Source of the DNA: Chrysomallon squamiferum
Taxonomy: Eukaryota; Animalia; Mollusca
NCBI GenBank assembly: GCA_012295275.1
Contig: CM022677.1
Location: 24,738,001 to 24,802,000, forward strand
Reading direction: 5' to 3'
Length of the DNA: 64,000 bases
The first letter of the stretch is position 1, and each line of letters opens with the position of its first letter. The translations under genes were made by a program, and so were the position numbers. Below, piece after piece: positions 1 through 14,055 of this stretch. The notes under the pieces were generated by a model. The model did no database searches. It was not told the DNA's origin and saw nothing but the letters and a program-made list of their open reading frames with translations.

Positions 1-68
1 TAAAATTAATCTACATTAAAATAAATGATATATTAATGTTCCAATGTCTTTTCAATAATAACAACACC

Positions 69-112
<44 letters not shown>

Positions 113-460
113 TGATGATGATGATAATGATGATAAGAAGAAGAAGAAGAACAAGAACAAGAAGGAGAACAACAAAATAGATAATGTAGATAATTAAAAA
201 CAAATCTGGAAGTAATTGACTTTTCTCATAATAAAAATTAGAGAATATCATATAAATAATAATAATAATAAAAAAAAAAATAATAACTTTTACATAGGTT
301 AGATGTAGAAAACATTTGAAAAGGAGCAGATTTCAAATGTCATCAATTCATAGTATTACACATGACCACGCGTCATCTGGTGTAAATGACGTCATATCTT
401 GAGACAATCTTTAGCGTAGGTGAGTTTTAAATATTTTCACATATTTCTTTCCTAATACAA

Positions 461-1602
461 GTAGCATGGACCAATTATTTTTTAAAAATAAAAATAGGAA
501 GCTCATTGATTGCATACATAATAGTTCATGTTTTAGAAGTTGAATATTTCTTGTTTTAACGAAAACGAGTGAAAAATTCATTTTTAACTAGTTTCTCTAA
601 ACGGCAGTTGACTGACCTTCAAATACTGTTTTCCATTTTCTGTGCTAAAACTGGTATCAAGTATTATAATGACTGCACCAATGCAATCATTTAAATAACA
701 TGTAATCAATTTGGGTTTCACATGTAAATACCACCTCTAATGCATTGAAAATGGGAATAAATATTATAAAAAAAGAGAGAATTATAATGGTTTTAAGTAT
801 CGTTTTACAACTTCGTACTCAGAACTGTCTGCTATGCAGTTTTAGCAGAGTAACGTGTCCGCATTATGGAACCTAACGAGAATAGTCATCTTGATATTCA
901 CGAGGCATGATTATTATGATTATTATTATTATTTGTTTAGATGGCGAAGTCGTAATAATATCTGAACAAATTAAAAATAAAAGTAGTACGAAATGGGTAC
1001 GAGATGGTATGAGGTCAAAATAAAAAAAAAAAAAGAAGAAGGTTTCGACCTTTGAGCAGTTTCTAATCAATAATACACATCTATATAAACGAAGCATTGA
1101 TTTACTGTCATATTTCCCCAAATTACTTTTAATAATACATGTAGAATTGGTTGCATTATGAAGGAATACACGTTTAAATGTTTGTAAAGACTGATCGGCG
1201 TTCGACGCCGCCATCTTGGATTTCGATCGTAAGTTTCCATGATCTCAATTACGTTTTGTGTATTTTTTTACCTTTTTATGATTTACACTAATAAAGGTAA
1301 GGATGGTTGTTCGTACGAAACCATGATACCCTGCGCCTTTCGTAACTAGCTTTTCAACTTAATCAAACTTATCAAACTGGATTATTTCGGTGCAAATGCG
1401 TGCGTAATAAACTAAAATTAGAATTCGGTATAAAATTAATGTATTAACTTTTCTACTTGGCAATGTTCCCCGTATCAGAACCCAACAGAAAATAACATTC
1501 AGGTGCAGTTTGCACCCGTTGAATCGACGAAATTCTGGATGCATTTTTACCGGTGACGCAATTTGCGTCGTTACGAGTTTTCGTTCCTGTTGATCCATGC
1601 TC
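461..1602. mobile_element. Non-autonomous DNA transposon / MITE-like insertion (~1.14 kb)
   Basis: Interrupts a conserved non-coding block that is contiguous at 11250-11350 and 54780-54880. Ends are imperfect inverted repeats (agcatggaccaa ... ttgatccatgct). ACAA flanks both sides (457-460, 1603-1606) as a candidate 4-bp TSD. No transposase ORF. Confidence 0.5.
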
Positions 1603-2605
1603 ACAAAAGAAGAAATTACTCTCTTTCCAAGTTTCAGAAAGCTTTTATTTAATAGAAAAGAGAATTACAAACATATCTTAGATTTGTATAAGAATAATTC
1701 CGTACTGTTTAGAAGAAACACGTAAAGATATAGTTAAATTGAAAATAAAGTATGACCTATCTGTTTTCTTCCATGCCACTTTTTCTGTTCTTGTACTTAA
1801 ATTTCTGAAAAGAATCGGAAATTATTAAAATTGTGCTTAATCTAATGTAGAGCCATTAAAACAAATGAGAAAATGCAAAATTAATGTGCAATGCAGCTAA
1901 AAGCGAGAAAAACATAGTATGTATATAGTGAAATTACAACACCAATAACAACAGGAACAACAACAACAACAACAACAAAATATATATATAAAATAAAATA
2001 TATATAAAAAATAAAAGTAAAAAGTAAAATATATATATAAAAGTAAAATAATAAAAAAATAAAAATAAAAAAATAAAATGAAAATAAATAAATAAATAAA
2101 TAAATATATATATATCTGATGTTTTACTCCAGATTAATTGTAACCACTCTTTTTATCCCTGATATCTGTACATTACTATTACTATTCTTCTTCTTCTTCT
2201 TCTTCTTATTATTATTAGTGTTGTTGTTGTTATTGTTGTTATTGTTGTTATTATTATTATAATCATTATTATTTGAATATTATCATCATCATTATTATAA
2301 TTATTGTTATCATAATCATCATCGTTATTATTGCCATCATCTTGTTTCGATCATTGTCACTATTATTATTGTTGTTGTTGTTATTGTTGTTATTGCTGTT
2401 ATTATTATTATTACTATTATTATTTAAATATTGTCATCACATCGTAATTATAATCATCATTGTGATCATTGTTGCTATCATGAACATCATCGTTATTATT
2501 GCCATCATGTTGCTGTTGTCATTGTCACTATTATTATTATTGTTTTTGTTGTTGCTGTTGTTTTTGTTATTATTATTGTTGTTGTTGTTAATGTTATTGT
2601 GGTTA

Positions 2606-2652
<47 letters not shown>

Positions 2653-2673
2653 TATTATTATTGTTGTTGTTGA

Positions 2674-2711
<38 letters not shown>

Positions 2712-2717
<6 letters not shown>

Positions 2718-3853
2718 GATGCTAAATACAACTACTTTACCTTTCTTACTCAAGTCTATTTCATTGCTCCGATGTTGTCCAGTTTTACATCTCCATCGAT
2801 TGAGATCTATTTCCTCAACGGGAACTATCTCTAATCTGTACATACGCGGCTCTGACTTCGGGGCGATACATCCACACGTATACCTGGGTATTGGTAATAC
2901 CATGACGCAGTCAGTGTCGACTATACAAACTGTCCAAAATCCATACCCAAAATTTTGTTGAAAAAACAGGGGTTGTTGAATGTTGCGAGTAGGAGAAACC
3001 TGGCAGTAAATCGTGTAGTTCTTTTTCACTTCAGCTATCTCCGTCCAGAATGTGTGCACGTTTAAACCTATAAATAAATATTTTAATTTCCTAACTGTTT
3101 TGAAGTAAATAGATATTTTCTTTTACTGTTTCGTTATCATTGTCCTACTTTGTGTTGCTTTTGTTTTCCTTTCGTTTCATAATGATTAATACCGTCATCG
3201 CGATTATCATTAGATTGTATTACTATTGTTATCAGTTTTATCACAATTATTATTGGTATTACTATTGCAATCATAATAATAATAATAATAATGATAATAA
3301 TAATAATAATAATAATAACAATAACAATGATAATAATAATAATTACTAATAATTACTATTACTACTAATTAATATTACTACTACTTTTCAAACACCGACC
3401 CCAAATATTGTTCAAGTAATAAACAGTATAGCTACAAATTATTTTCACTTATATTTACAAAATACATTTTCTGATTCTTCGTTACCTTGAACTGCAAATA
3501 TAAGATCATTGGTTAAGCTGTTTCCAAACTGACATCTCCATGCAGTTTTATCTTCTGTGCGCAATCTTAAAATTGTCATTTTATAAACAGATGAAAGCAC
3601 GTCCGTCACCTGGCAACCACAGATGTAATTCACTCTATTCTCTCGCTGTGTGCACGACTTGTCAACTTGACAAGCAGTCGTGTATTCGTCTGCACATTTC
3701 CTTTGAAAAACCATCGAAAAATTATTACTCTCAGACAAATTAGCCGAGCAAAGTAAAGTGTATGGGCTTCCTAGGACACCCATAAGCGACCCTTTTATCC
3801 GTACGTCTATTTCTGAAAATCCCAATTCGATTTCAATTAATATCATGAGAATA

Positions 3854-3890
<37 letters not shown>

Positions 3891-4392
3891 CTAAGCATAA
3901 TTGTAGTAATAATTATAATGAAATTTATTTATTTATTTATTTGAAAACGGAAAACGAAATGTCAGAAAAAAAAACAAAAAAAAAAAAAAAAAAAAAAAAA
4001 AAAACGAAAGAAAAGTAAAACATACTTACCGTTAACATTAATCTTTAAATGACTACTATAATCTTCCCCAATTTTACATCTCCACTCGAGACGATCTATG
4101 TCCCTTACCTCGAGAATCACCATTCTGTACGTTTTTGTGAGTTGTCTGCCATTGTGCACACAGCTGCAGTAATAACCTCTCGAATTAAATATATGTTTGC
4201 ACTCTTCAGTTAGTATACACAGAATTAGATACCTATCTCCATCTCTTCTCTCAAACAGTATTGCTGCGTTAACGGCAAAACCTGGATACGCTTTACAAAA
4301 TATATTATACATGCTGCCTAGAGATGTAAAATTGGAACCCAGTATATTAACGCGCAAACCTGAAAAAAGAAATAAAAAAGAAAACATAAATG

Positions 4393-4427
<35 letters not shown>

Positions 4428-4728
4428 TGATTATCTTTGATATTGTCTTTATATTTATTATTAGTAGTATTATTACTATTAACTGTATTTGGAATACTAA
4501 TAGCAGCAGCAGCAGCAGCAGCACCATTTGCACTATTAATAGTAGCTTTAGTAATAATAACAGTTGGAGCTTTATAGTATTAACGGTGCGTATAGTAGTG
4601 GTTGACATAATGAAAGTTGTAGTGGTAGTTGTTGCTTTGTAATAATGTTAGTTTTACGTTATTGTCGTCTTGTCTGAGTTTATGAGTAATGGTAGTGATA
4701 TAAGTACTATTATTATTATTATTATTAC

Positions 4729-4759
<31 letters not shown>

Positions 4760-4999
4760 TGTAGTAGTAGTAATGGCATTAGTGCTTGTTGCAGTCTATT
4801 ATCATTACATTAAAGTATATTTAAACAATATAATAATAATAACAGGAACAACAACCACCACAATCATAATAATACTACTACTACTACTACTACTACTAAT
4901 AATAATAATAATAATATTAATAATAACAATAATAATACCTGCTGAGATTGTTGTAAAAACGACACAGTAGAGAACAAATGACGAAGGACTGATCATCAT
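2712..4999 (-). CDS. Unit 1: secreted Ig-like domain protein, SP-A-B-C
   Basis: Exons 4999-4939 (MMISPSSFVLYCVVFTTISA, signal peptide), 4359-4030 (A, 330 nt), 3812-3486 (B, 327 nt), 3067-2741 (C; reads through to stop at 2712). All introns GT-AG, phase 1, frames open; six-Cys pattern in each domain. Confidence 0.8.
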
Positions 5000-5126
5000 T
5001 GAAATTGTGAAAGTTTCTCTTTTATCCTGTTTTCTCAAGTGATGTTCTCGTATGTCCGTTGTATTCTGTATGTATATAGAGAAAATGTATATATATATAT
5101 ATATGCACATTCATACACACAGATTG

Positions 5127-5160
<34 letters not shown>

Positions 5161-5639
5161 TCACACTCGCGCACACACCTATCTATCTATTCAACAATCT
5201 AGATAAAATATCATTCAATGAAATCATTTAAAATGTCAGATGTATTTGACATTTTGTTGTGTATTTAATTCTGTTGTTCACTGGAAAAGTTGATGCCATT
5301 GAAAATGGCGATCATTGAGGTCAAAGCAACTATCTCTCAGTTTTATTCGTTTCAGTAAATGATTATATTTTAACACTACAGAAACGCACTAAGAGCATTG
5401 CTCTTATTGTTTGTGCGTCGTTATCTTGTGTAAACTTATTTACAGATCACAAAACTGACTGTAGTGTCTTGATTTAACCCACATTAAAATAAATTATTTA
5501 ATAATGTTGCCATGCTTTTACATTATTTGTCTTGAAATCACAAACGTTTTGGTTGAGTTACTTGATGACAGTGAACTGTTAAAATAAAAATGTTAATGTT
5601 AGTTGAATGGTTGATCCTTACATCAGGTTCACTCTCAGC

Positions 5640-6060
5640 TAGCCTAAAACTTTAAAACATTAAAATGCCAAAATGATGTTGGGATACCTGGGCCAAATGT
5701 TTTGATAGTAAATTGGTATTAAGGGCTATGGTCCGTTTTTTATATTAAGTGAATATACTCAGTAGATAGCAGTAATCTAGTAGTGATGTTGATGAGTGTG
5801 TACATTTGAGTGAATAGAATAACGCAGAATAACCAGATGGCACTGAGTGAACTCATAGTCATGTACAGTTTAAAAGCCAACGAAGGCAAATCAAATCATT
5901 TGTGTTGATGTTCGAAATGAAGGTGTTTCCAGGTGTGTGTTTTTTTTTCATTACACCCAGTGTATCATCCAATACTCACGAGAATCATGCAAACTAGCCA
6001 TCCATTTTAGGGACAACGCTGATGTACAGATGTACTGATACAGATTATAACACGAATGCA
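5640..6060 (-). mobile_element. Highly degraded L2/CR1-like LINE fragment (tentative)
   Basis: Higher-complexity island absent from the paralogous upstream regions. The minus strand gives frameshifted remnants resembling the L2 ORF2 motifs YLGV and LITSRLDYC. Confidence 0.3.
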
Positions 6061-6419
6061 ATAGACTGACCAAAGTTAAACCCATACCACCCAATGTCGT
6101 TGTAATAGATTGATGTGGTTAGGTTTTTGACCAGGTGGGAGGACACCTTACAGCAATGAAAATAATTACTGGGAAACAGTCAGAACAGGCAGTTATATTA
6201 GAAATTCTCTTTATCTTCATTATTATTATTATTTATCGTAGTAGTAGCAGCAGTAGCAGTAGTAGCAGTAGTACAGCAGCAGTACTGGTAAAAGTAGTGG
6301 TAGTAATAGTACCAGATGCAGCAGAAGTACTAAAAGTAGTAGTTCTAGTAATAGTAACAGCAGCAGTAATACTAGTAATGTTATAACTATCATTATTATT
6401 ACTACAATTATTATTTTTA

Positions 6420-6474
<55 letters not shown>

Positions 6475-6699
6475 GCTGTTGTTGTTGTTATCTCATTCGT
6501 ACAGTATATTTAATGTAAAAAAAATAATAATTATAATAAAGGCAACCTATGTATGTGTGTATGTATGTATGTATTCTGATATTAAAAATAGATTTTTAAT
6601 TATTTTAGTTGAAATATAAAAACAGTGGAAATTAAATGTCATAAAAACAATGGATTATTTTTTGTTAATGATTAAAACATAATACAAATTTTTGCTGGT

Positions 6700-6948
6700 A
6701 ATGCTCATTTTTGTTTATTTGCTCACTTGCGATAATTATTCAAGCCATTTCTAATTATGGTCTACACATCCACACCATTATTGGCCTGTTCGAAATATCA
6801 TGTGTCAACTATACAGACTCCAAAATAAACACACCAACATTTTGCTGCACGTCAAGGAATATTTAATGTTTGCTAGCTGCAGAAACCTCGCAATAAATTG
6901 TGTAGTTTTTTTTTTAACTACAGATCTCTTCGTCGTATATATTTCCAA
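6700..6948 (-). pseudogene. Degraded C-type Ig exon relic
   Basis: Reverse complement retains tatacgacgaagaga, atttattgcgaggtttct and tgtggatgtgtagacc (CGCVD), with multiple indels. Confidence 0.65.
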
Positions 6949-7322
6949 GTCATCATCAAGTCATAATCGTAATCTTCATCACCCTCATGGTAAATTATTC
7001 GAAAACAATATTATTTCAAGTGTAATTAAAATGAGAACGATTTCACATTGTTTTTCTTTTATATAACTTGAAATAATAAAAGAAGAAATAACGCTCTTTC
7101 CAGGTTTTAGAATGCTTTTCTTTAATAGAAAACAAAATTACAATGTTACAGAAACGAAGGAAGATATTCGCATTACTTAGATGTACCACGTAAAGCCACA
7201 TGTTCTACTAGTGTGGTCTGCCATAAAATGCTTCTTTCTCAGGCAGTTCGCTAACTGAAATATATAATGTTTTAATAAACTGAATACAATACATTCCAAT
7301 TATTTCAGGTAGATATACGGAT

Positions 7323-7369
<47 letters not shown>

Positions 7370-7847
7370 CATACAGACATACAGTTAGATAGATAGGTAG
7401 ATAGATAGAGTGACATATGTATATATATTAAAATTTGAAGGAAAAGATAAGATTACGAAAATTATTCAACTTTTAAAATAAAACTGTAACAATAAAAATT
7501 GTCTATAATGTACTATAGGTCAAACAAATTAAATAATAATAATAACATTTTAAGCATTTAAAATAATCAAACACATTTAAGACAAGCAGACAAACAAATC
7601 AAATAATAAATGAAATGAATAAAAGACAAAGAAAAAAAAAAAAAAACAAAACAATAGATATACTTAACATAACATAATACATTAAAACAGTTATGTAATG
7701 CACATGCCACTATTTAAATTCTGACAAAGTATTTTAAAATAATGTTAATACATGACGTCATACACGTGGGAGCACTCCGACTTATCAAGCAAAACAAAAC
7801 AGAGAGAGAGAAAAGAGGGAGAAACGAAAAACGATATATATGTTGTT

Positions 7848-7888
<41 letters not shown>

Positions 7889-7948
7889 TTACTATTATTA
7901 TTATTATTATGATTATGATTATGATTATTATTATTGTTATTATTATTA

Positions 7949-8730
7949 TTAGTAGTAGTAGTAGTAGTAGTAGTAGTAATAGTAGTAGTGGTAGTAGTAG
8001 TGGCAGTAGTAGTGGTAGTTGTAGTAGCTCTCGATATTTACAACTGCTTTACCTGACACATTTAAGTCAATTTCAGTGCTCCAATTCAGTCCACTCCGAC
8101 ATCTCCAACGACTGAGGTCTATTTTGTCCATATGGTCTATTTGTAATTTGTACACACGTGGATCGGAATTCGGGTCTACACATCCACAGCTGTAGGTGTA
8201 GATTGGAAATATCAGTTTGCAGTCTGCGTCGACTATGCAAACCGTCCAATATCCATAGCCAAAATTTTGTTGAAAAGACGAATCATGTTTAATGTTGCTT
8301 GTAGGAGATACCTCGCAGTAAATCGTGTAGTTCCTCCCATTAGCAGGCCATGCGGTTGTATAGATATCCAGATTTAAATCTAGAATTGAATATTTAATTT
8401 TAATAAAAATTTGAAAAAAAAAAAAAAAAAAAAAAAGAGAGAGAGAAGTTTTATTTTTATGATTACTTTACTTACTTATGTTTCTTTCTTCTTTATTCTT
8501 ATGGTGATTAACGTGATAATCATCATGATCATATCGTCGTCACCTTCAACACAATTCTTCTTCTTCTTCTTCTTCTTCTTTTCATTATTATTACAGCTAT
8601 ATTACCATAACATTTACAGTGTATTTAATGTTGGAAAACAAACAAACGAATAAACAAACAAACCTGGAGTGACTGAAGAGACTGATAAGAAAAGGACGTG
8701 AAAAATAATAAAACTCCAAGAAATGATCAT
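7949..8730 (-). CDS. Unit 2: secreted single Ig-like domain protein, SP-C
   Basis: SP exon 8730-8664 (MIISWSFIIFHVLFLSVSSVTP, donor GTTTGT). C exon 8379-8053 is fully open (DLNLDIYTTAWPANGRNYTIYCEV...WRCRSGLNWSTEIDLNVSG) with donor GTAAAG, or reads through into (TAC)n to a stop at 7949. Confidence 0.72.
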
Positions 8731-8843
8731 GATTGGAAGTGTAAACCTTTCTCTTCTGTCCAGTCTCTTCAAGTAACGATGTACTGTCTGTGTGAAAATA
8801 TATATATATATATATTATGCAACTTCGTTCTGTGCTATACATA

Positions 8844-9968
8844 TACTGAACAAAATAAGAAACGTCCGCTAACTTTGGTTGAACATAACGCGATGAAAAC
8901 AAACCGGGTGAAATAATTGTTATATATGCGTTTAAAAGAATTTTGCATTATGCATACATTGCTTGGTGCAAAAAATCATGGTTATAGGCAAACTGGGCGA
9001 AATTTTGACGAAGTGTGATAAGGGATAAATAAATAAATTAATATATATATATATAAAACAACAACAAACAAAAAAAAATTAATAACGGTGTGACAACCTC
9101 TTGAATTGGCCACTGGTGTTCTTCTCTGTGCTTTAGAATTGTCTAAAGTGTTGATTTTTGCCTGTGCAATATTGTTCCATTCCTGAATGATCGCTTGACG
9201 AAGTTCGTTGACGTTAGGTGGTGGGTTGGGACGACCCCTCAGACGTCTGTCCAGACTATCCCAGAGTTGCTCGATGAGATCAGGACTTTTAGGGGGCCAC
9301 TCATCAATGAAACCAATGTTGTTTGTTCTAAGAAAATGTACAGTGTCTCTATCTGTGTGAGAGGTGGCACTATCATGCTGGAAAAATCGAGATGCTGACG
9401 TTGTTATATAACAGAGGAACGAGGTGATGAGCGAAAATTTCATCGCGGTAGCATTTAAATTGCCATCGTTGACGACTCGTGATGAACGATAACCAGGGGT
9501 TAATGTCTCCTCACCCACATGACAGAACCCCCCATCCCAGAAACGATATCGTTCAAGAACAGCATAACGTTCATTTCTCCTATGGTACACGCGCACCCTG
9601 CCATCACCAGGTGGTACAGAAAATCTGGATTCATCCGAGAAAAGAACGGGTATTATTCCAGCGTTGATATGTCCAACGCATGTGAACACCTGCCCATTTA
9701 CGACGAATTAGACGATGTCGTTGCGTTAAAACGCAGCCGACGTAAGGACGTCCTACATGTAAACAGTTCTCCCCAAGACGTTTACGAACAGTTTGCCCAC
9801 TGATTCGGTTATTATGAAGCCCACGTGTGTTAGCAGCAGTAGCAGTGGCAGTTTGGAAAAGATTGATAATGCAGCTAACACTAGCTATGTAACTGCATCA
9901 CTGAATGAATTCTTTATCACAACAAATACTACAGGTACAAATCATAAGATTCTTTTTTTTGTTCAGTG
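8844..9968 (-). mobile_element. Tc1-like DNA transposon, defective
   Basis: TIRs tactgaacaaaataagaaac / gattcttttttttgttcagtg. ORF 8982-9689 carries Tc1 catalytic motifs LFSDESRF, FQHDSA and WPPKSPDL-IEQLW; the N-terminal region is deleted or frameshifted. Confidence 0.9.
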
Positions 9969-10009
9969 TGTGTATGTATATATATATATTTATATTTAAT
10001 TTATTATTT

Positions 10010-12010
10010 TAATTTATTTTAGAAGTAATATAAAATAATAAACTAATGTTAAATGACATATTTATGTGACATTCTGTATGTAGTTAGGTCGTTATATGTA
10101 GACTGAAACTCCACGTCTCTTTGCACTTGGCGACACAACTGAAAATGGTGATCAGTTAGAGCTGTAGAACAATATTTGATTTGTTTCAGTAAATTATATT
10201 TTGACACTACTTCCAGTCACTACGACGATTGTTGTTAATATTTATGTCTCATTTTTTAAAGATACTTTTAAATAATTTATTTACAAGTCATAAAACTGAT
10301 TATATACTGGTTAATATATATATATTATTATTATTTTTTTACTGTTAATCTGGGCTGTTCAGTTACCTTATATGTTGGTGTATATTATATTAGATTTTTT
10401 GTTGAACTCTAGAGTAAACGATTAAACAACTTCGTTAAGTTACTTGATGACAGTTAACTGCTAAATTAATTATCTGTATAGTTGATCCTTACAGCAAGGA
10501 AAAAGAAATATCTTTCAAATACTCAGAACAAGCAGTCCTTAATTAACTCTCTCCTTAAACCCTCGATTGATAACAGCTGCATAGTTCGACATGATGTGAC
10601 TGATGGAAATCACTTGATTGTGCAAAGTACTGTTGATTGCTATGGATACTGTTTCAGTCTCGGCTTTGTTCAGATGATTTTTATGGTATTTTCCTCCAGT
10701 CAAATGGAAACATTTTAGATTTTTTGGTTAGTATAACGTTTGTAGAAATGACGATTAAGAGATTCAGTTCAAAGTTGAATGGAATATTTTTATAGTGTTG
10801 TATATCATATTTGCAGAGATAGTTTTTACGATACTTTCTTCAAACCAGAACGGAATATCCTGGTTTTATTATAGAATCATATGACTAGAGATGAGTTTTA
10901 GTATGTGTGTGTGTGTTTGTATCTGAGTGTGTGTGCTTTGTGATTGCGTGTATGTCTGTGTGCATAAATAAAATAAAATATAAATAAACCAAGGTATTAC
11001 CTTCTTATATATATATATGTCAAAGAGTTTACTGCAAAGTTTCACTCAAAAAAACAAATAAAAAATAACAAAAAGCCAAACTTGCCATCTATATATATAT
11101 ATATATATATATATATAGCCTATATATAGATGAAATTTCAAAAAGGTTCAGAATTCAGACATCATTATTTCACAGTATTACGAGTGTTCACACGTCATCT
11201 AGAGTATCTGACGTCATATTTCAAAACAATAATTATATGCAGTGCAATTAAAATAGAACAATTTCAGAAATGTATTCCCAGTACAACCTGCAATAATAAA
11301 AGGAAGAACTAATACTCTTTCCAAGTTTTAAAACACTTTTATTTAATAGTAAAAACAATTACAATGTGTTTTACATTTGTATAAGAGAAATGAAGGAATA
11401 TATTCGTACTGTTTAGAATAAACACGTAAAAATGTAATTATATGGAAAATGCAGTAAGAAAAATCGGTTTTCGTACCTGTCACGTGTTCTCGTTGTTTGC
11501 TATAATAAATGTCACTAATTATTTTTCTATTCCTTTTACAGGCTATTTCCTAACTGAAACATATATATATATATATATAAAGTAGAAAGGTAAATTTAAT
11601 GAAAATGTAAATCTTCTGAATAGAAAATCAAAACTCTCTATAATCTATTAGATCCATGAAAACAAATAATACAATACAAATTTAAAATATGCAAACGCAT
11701 TTAAAAGATGCAATGCAGATGAAATAAATTACGAAAAATATAAATGTGCATATTTGCCTGTGTTTCTTCGTGTGTGTGTGTGTGACTGTGTGTGTGTTTG
11801 TAATGTGTTTAAAACATAACATAATAAAGTTAAAAGGTCTAACAAAACAAAACAAAACAAAAAAATAACAATGTAAGTATGTCATCTGTATGTTGCTATT
11901 GTTTTTCTTTTCCTTTTTCATGGTCCAAATCTTGTCTCCGATGTCTGATTCCAAGATAATTGTAACAGAACTTCATATGGCTGAAGAATGCTCTATCTTA
12001 TTATTATTGC
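10010..12010. repeat. Inverted segmental duplication, partner of ~35070-36240
   Basis: 11130-11560 is the reverse complement of 35270-35700; 11920-12000 of 35080-35160; 10010-10260 of 35990-36240. Confidence 0.8.
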
Positions 12011-12129
12011 AATCTTTTTTTAACAACACAAAAGCGATTAAGATATACCGTCATTGTGTAATATACCACATATAATAAGTAGAGACTGGAATTTAATCTT
12101 AGACAAGAACCTAGATATGTCAAATTACG

Positions 12130-12168
<39 letters not shown>

Positions 12169-12409
12169 GAGAAGAAAAATAGAAAAACAAGGAGTTTCTT
12201 CTTAGCTAAAATCACTGACGCTTTAACAAAAATGAATAATTTGGTCACCTGAAACAGATGGATTTATCAAATTATTTTGTTCTTATATTAGATACTTTGT
12301 AATAAGACATTTAAATTCACATCATCATCAGCATCATCATCTTATTATTATTATTATTGTTGTTGTTGTTGTTGTTGCTGTTGTTGTTATTATTATTGGT
12401 ATTATTATT

Positions 12410-12480
12410 AACTGCTGCTCATTACAGCTATTTTACCTTTCTTACTTAAGTCAATTTCGTTGTACCAATTCAGTCCCGAA
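12410..12480 (-). pseudogene. 3' remnant of a second C exon
   Basis: Reverse complement reads gga ctg aat tgg tac aac gaa att gac tta agt aag aaa g|gtaaa (GLNWYNEIDLSKKG); the rest is deleted. Confidence 0.65.
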
Positions 12481-12653
12481 TAATAATAAAAAAAGAAAAA
12501 AAGAAAAAAGAGGGGGACAATACCTATATAACTGTTCTTTTACTATTATTATTATTATTAGTAGTAGTAGTAGAAGTAGTAATGCTAGTAGTAGTAGTAA
12601 TGGTAGTATTAATAATAGTAGAAGTACTAGCAGTTTTCCTTGTAGTAACAGTA

Positions 12654-13871
12654 CTAACTCTCGATATTTGCAACTGCTTTCCCTTTCTTATTGAAGTGAA
12701 TTTCGTTGCTCCAATTCAGTCCAGTTGTACATCTCCATATACTCAGATCTAGTTCCTCTAAGGGATCAATTACTAATTTGTACACACGCGGCTCTGACTT
12801 CGGGTCTACACATCCACAGCTGTACTGGCTTATTGGAAATATCATGTTACAGTCTGGGTCAATTACACAAACTGTCCAAAATCCATATCCAAAATCTTGT
12901 TGAAAAGCCGAGAGATCTTGAATGTTGCTAGAAGGAGAAACCTGGCAGTAAATCGTGTAGTTCTTCGTAAGTTCAGGTTTCTTCCTCGCATAAATATGCA
13001 TCTTTATATCTAAAAATCAATATTTAATTTTAATTGTTTGAAAATAAATAAATGTGTTTTTTCGTTATTATTATTCTCAAGTTCCCTATATTTTTATTTC
13101 TTCTCATAATGATTAATATCATCAGTAACAGCATGATTGCTTCTTTATTATTATTGTTGTCATCGTCATCGCTATCACCATTATTATTATTATTACGACC
13201 ACTGAGGCCTCAACACTACTGCTTTTCAAACATGAGACTGGTATTGTTCACGTATTATATCATGTAGTTATTTTCACTTATAATTACAAAACATGCTTTC
13301 TGATTATTTCGTACCTTGAATCACAAATTCAAAATCTCTGGTGAAGCTACTTCCAAACTCACATCGCCACGTAGTTTTATCTTTTCTACTCAATTTTATA
13401 ATTGTCATTTTATAAACAGTGAAAAACATGTGAATCTTATGGCAGCCACATACATAATTCCCTTTCCGTTGTTGAAGGCAGGAAATATCAACTTCACAAG
13501 CCCTTGTGTATTTATCTGCATATTTATTTTGAAAAATCATTGTAGAGTTACTGCCCTCTGAAATTTTAGCCGAGCAAAGTAAAGTGTATGGCTTTCCTAG
13601 AACACCCTCATGTAGTCCTTTTATCCGTAAGTGTAATTCTGAAAATCCAAATTCGATTTCAATTAATATACTGATTATAGGTTATTTAGATTACTGTAAG
13701 TAATCATTAACAATTTTTATTTAGATAAATAAATAAATAGTATAATATTATCATACTTATCTAAGCATAATTATAGCTCTAATTATCATTATTTATTTAT
13801 TTATTATCATTATTCTTTTAAATAAAAACAAATTCTCAAAAAGAAAACGAAAACAAATTCTCTCTCTCTCG

Positions 13872-13902
<31 letters not shown>

Positions 13903-13999
13903 TATTTACTTACTGTTAAGGCCAAAGTTAATGATTTATTTATTTTTTAATTATAAAAATTTGGAAAAACAAATAACAACAACAACAATAATAATAATA

Positions 14000-14055
<56 letters not shown>

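Noticed and set aside
33-2719. Poly-I/L/Y/N ORFs that look like TM or low-complexity proteins (also throughout the window, e.g. 62500-62900)
   Set aside because: Translations of (AAT)n/(TAT)n microsatellites; no conservation between paralogous units.
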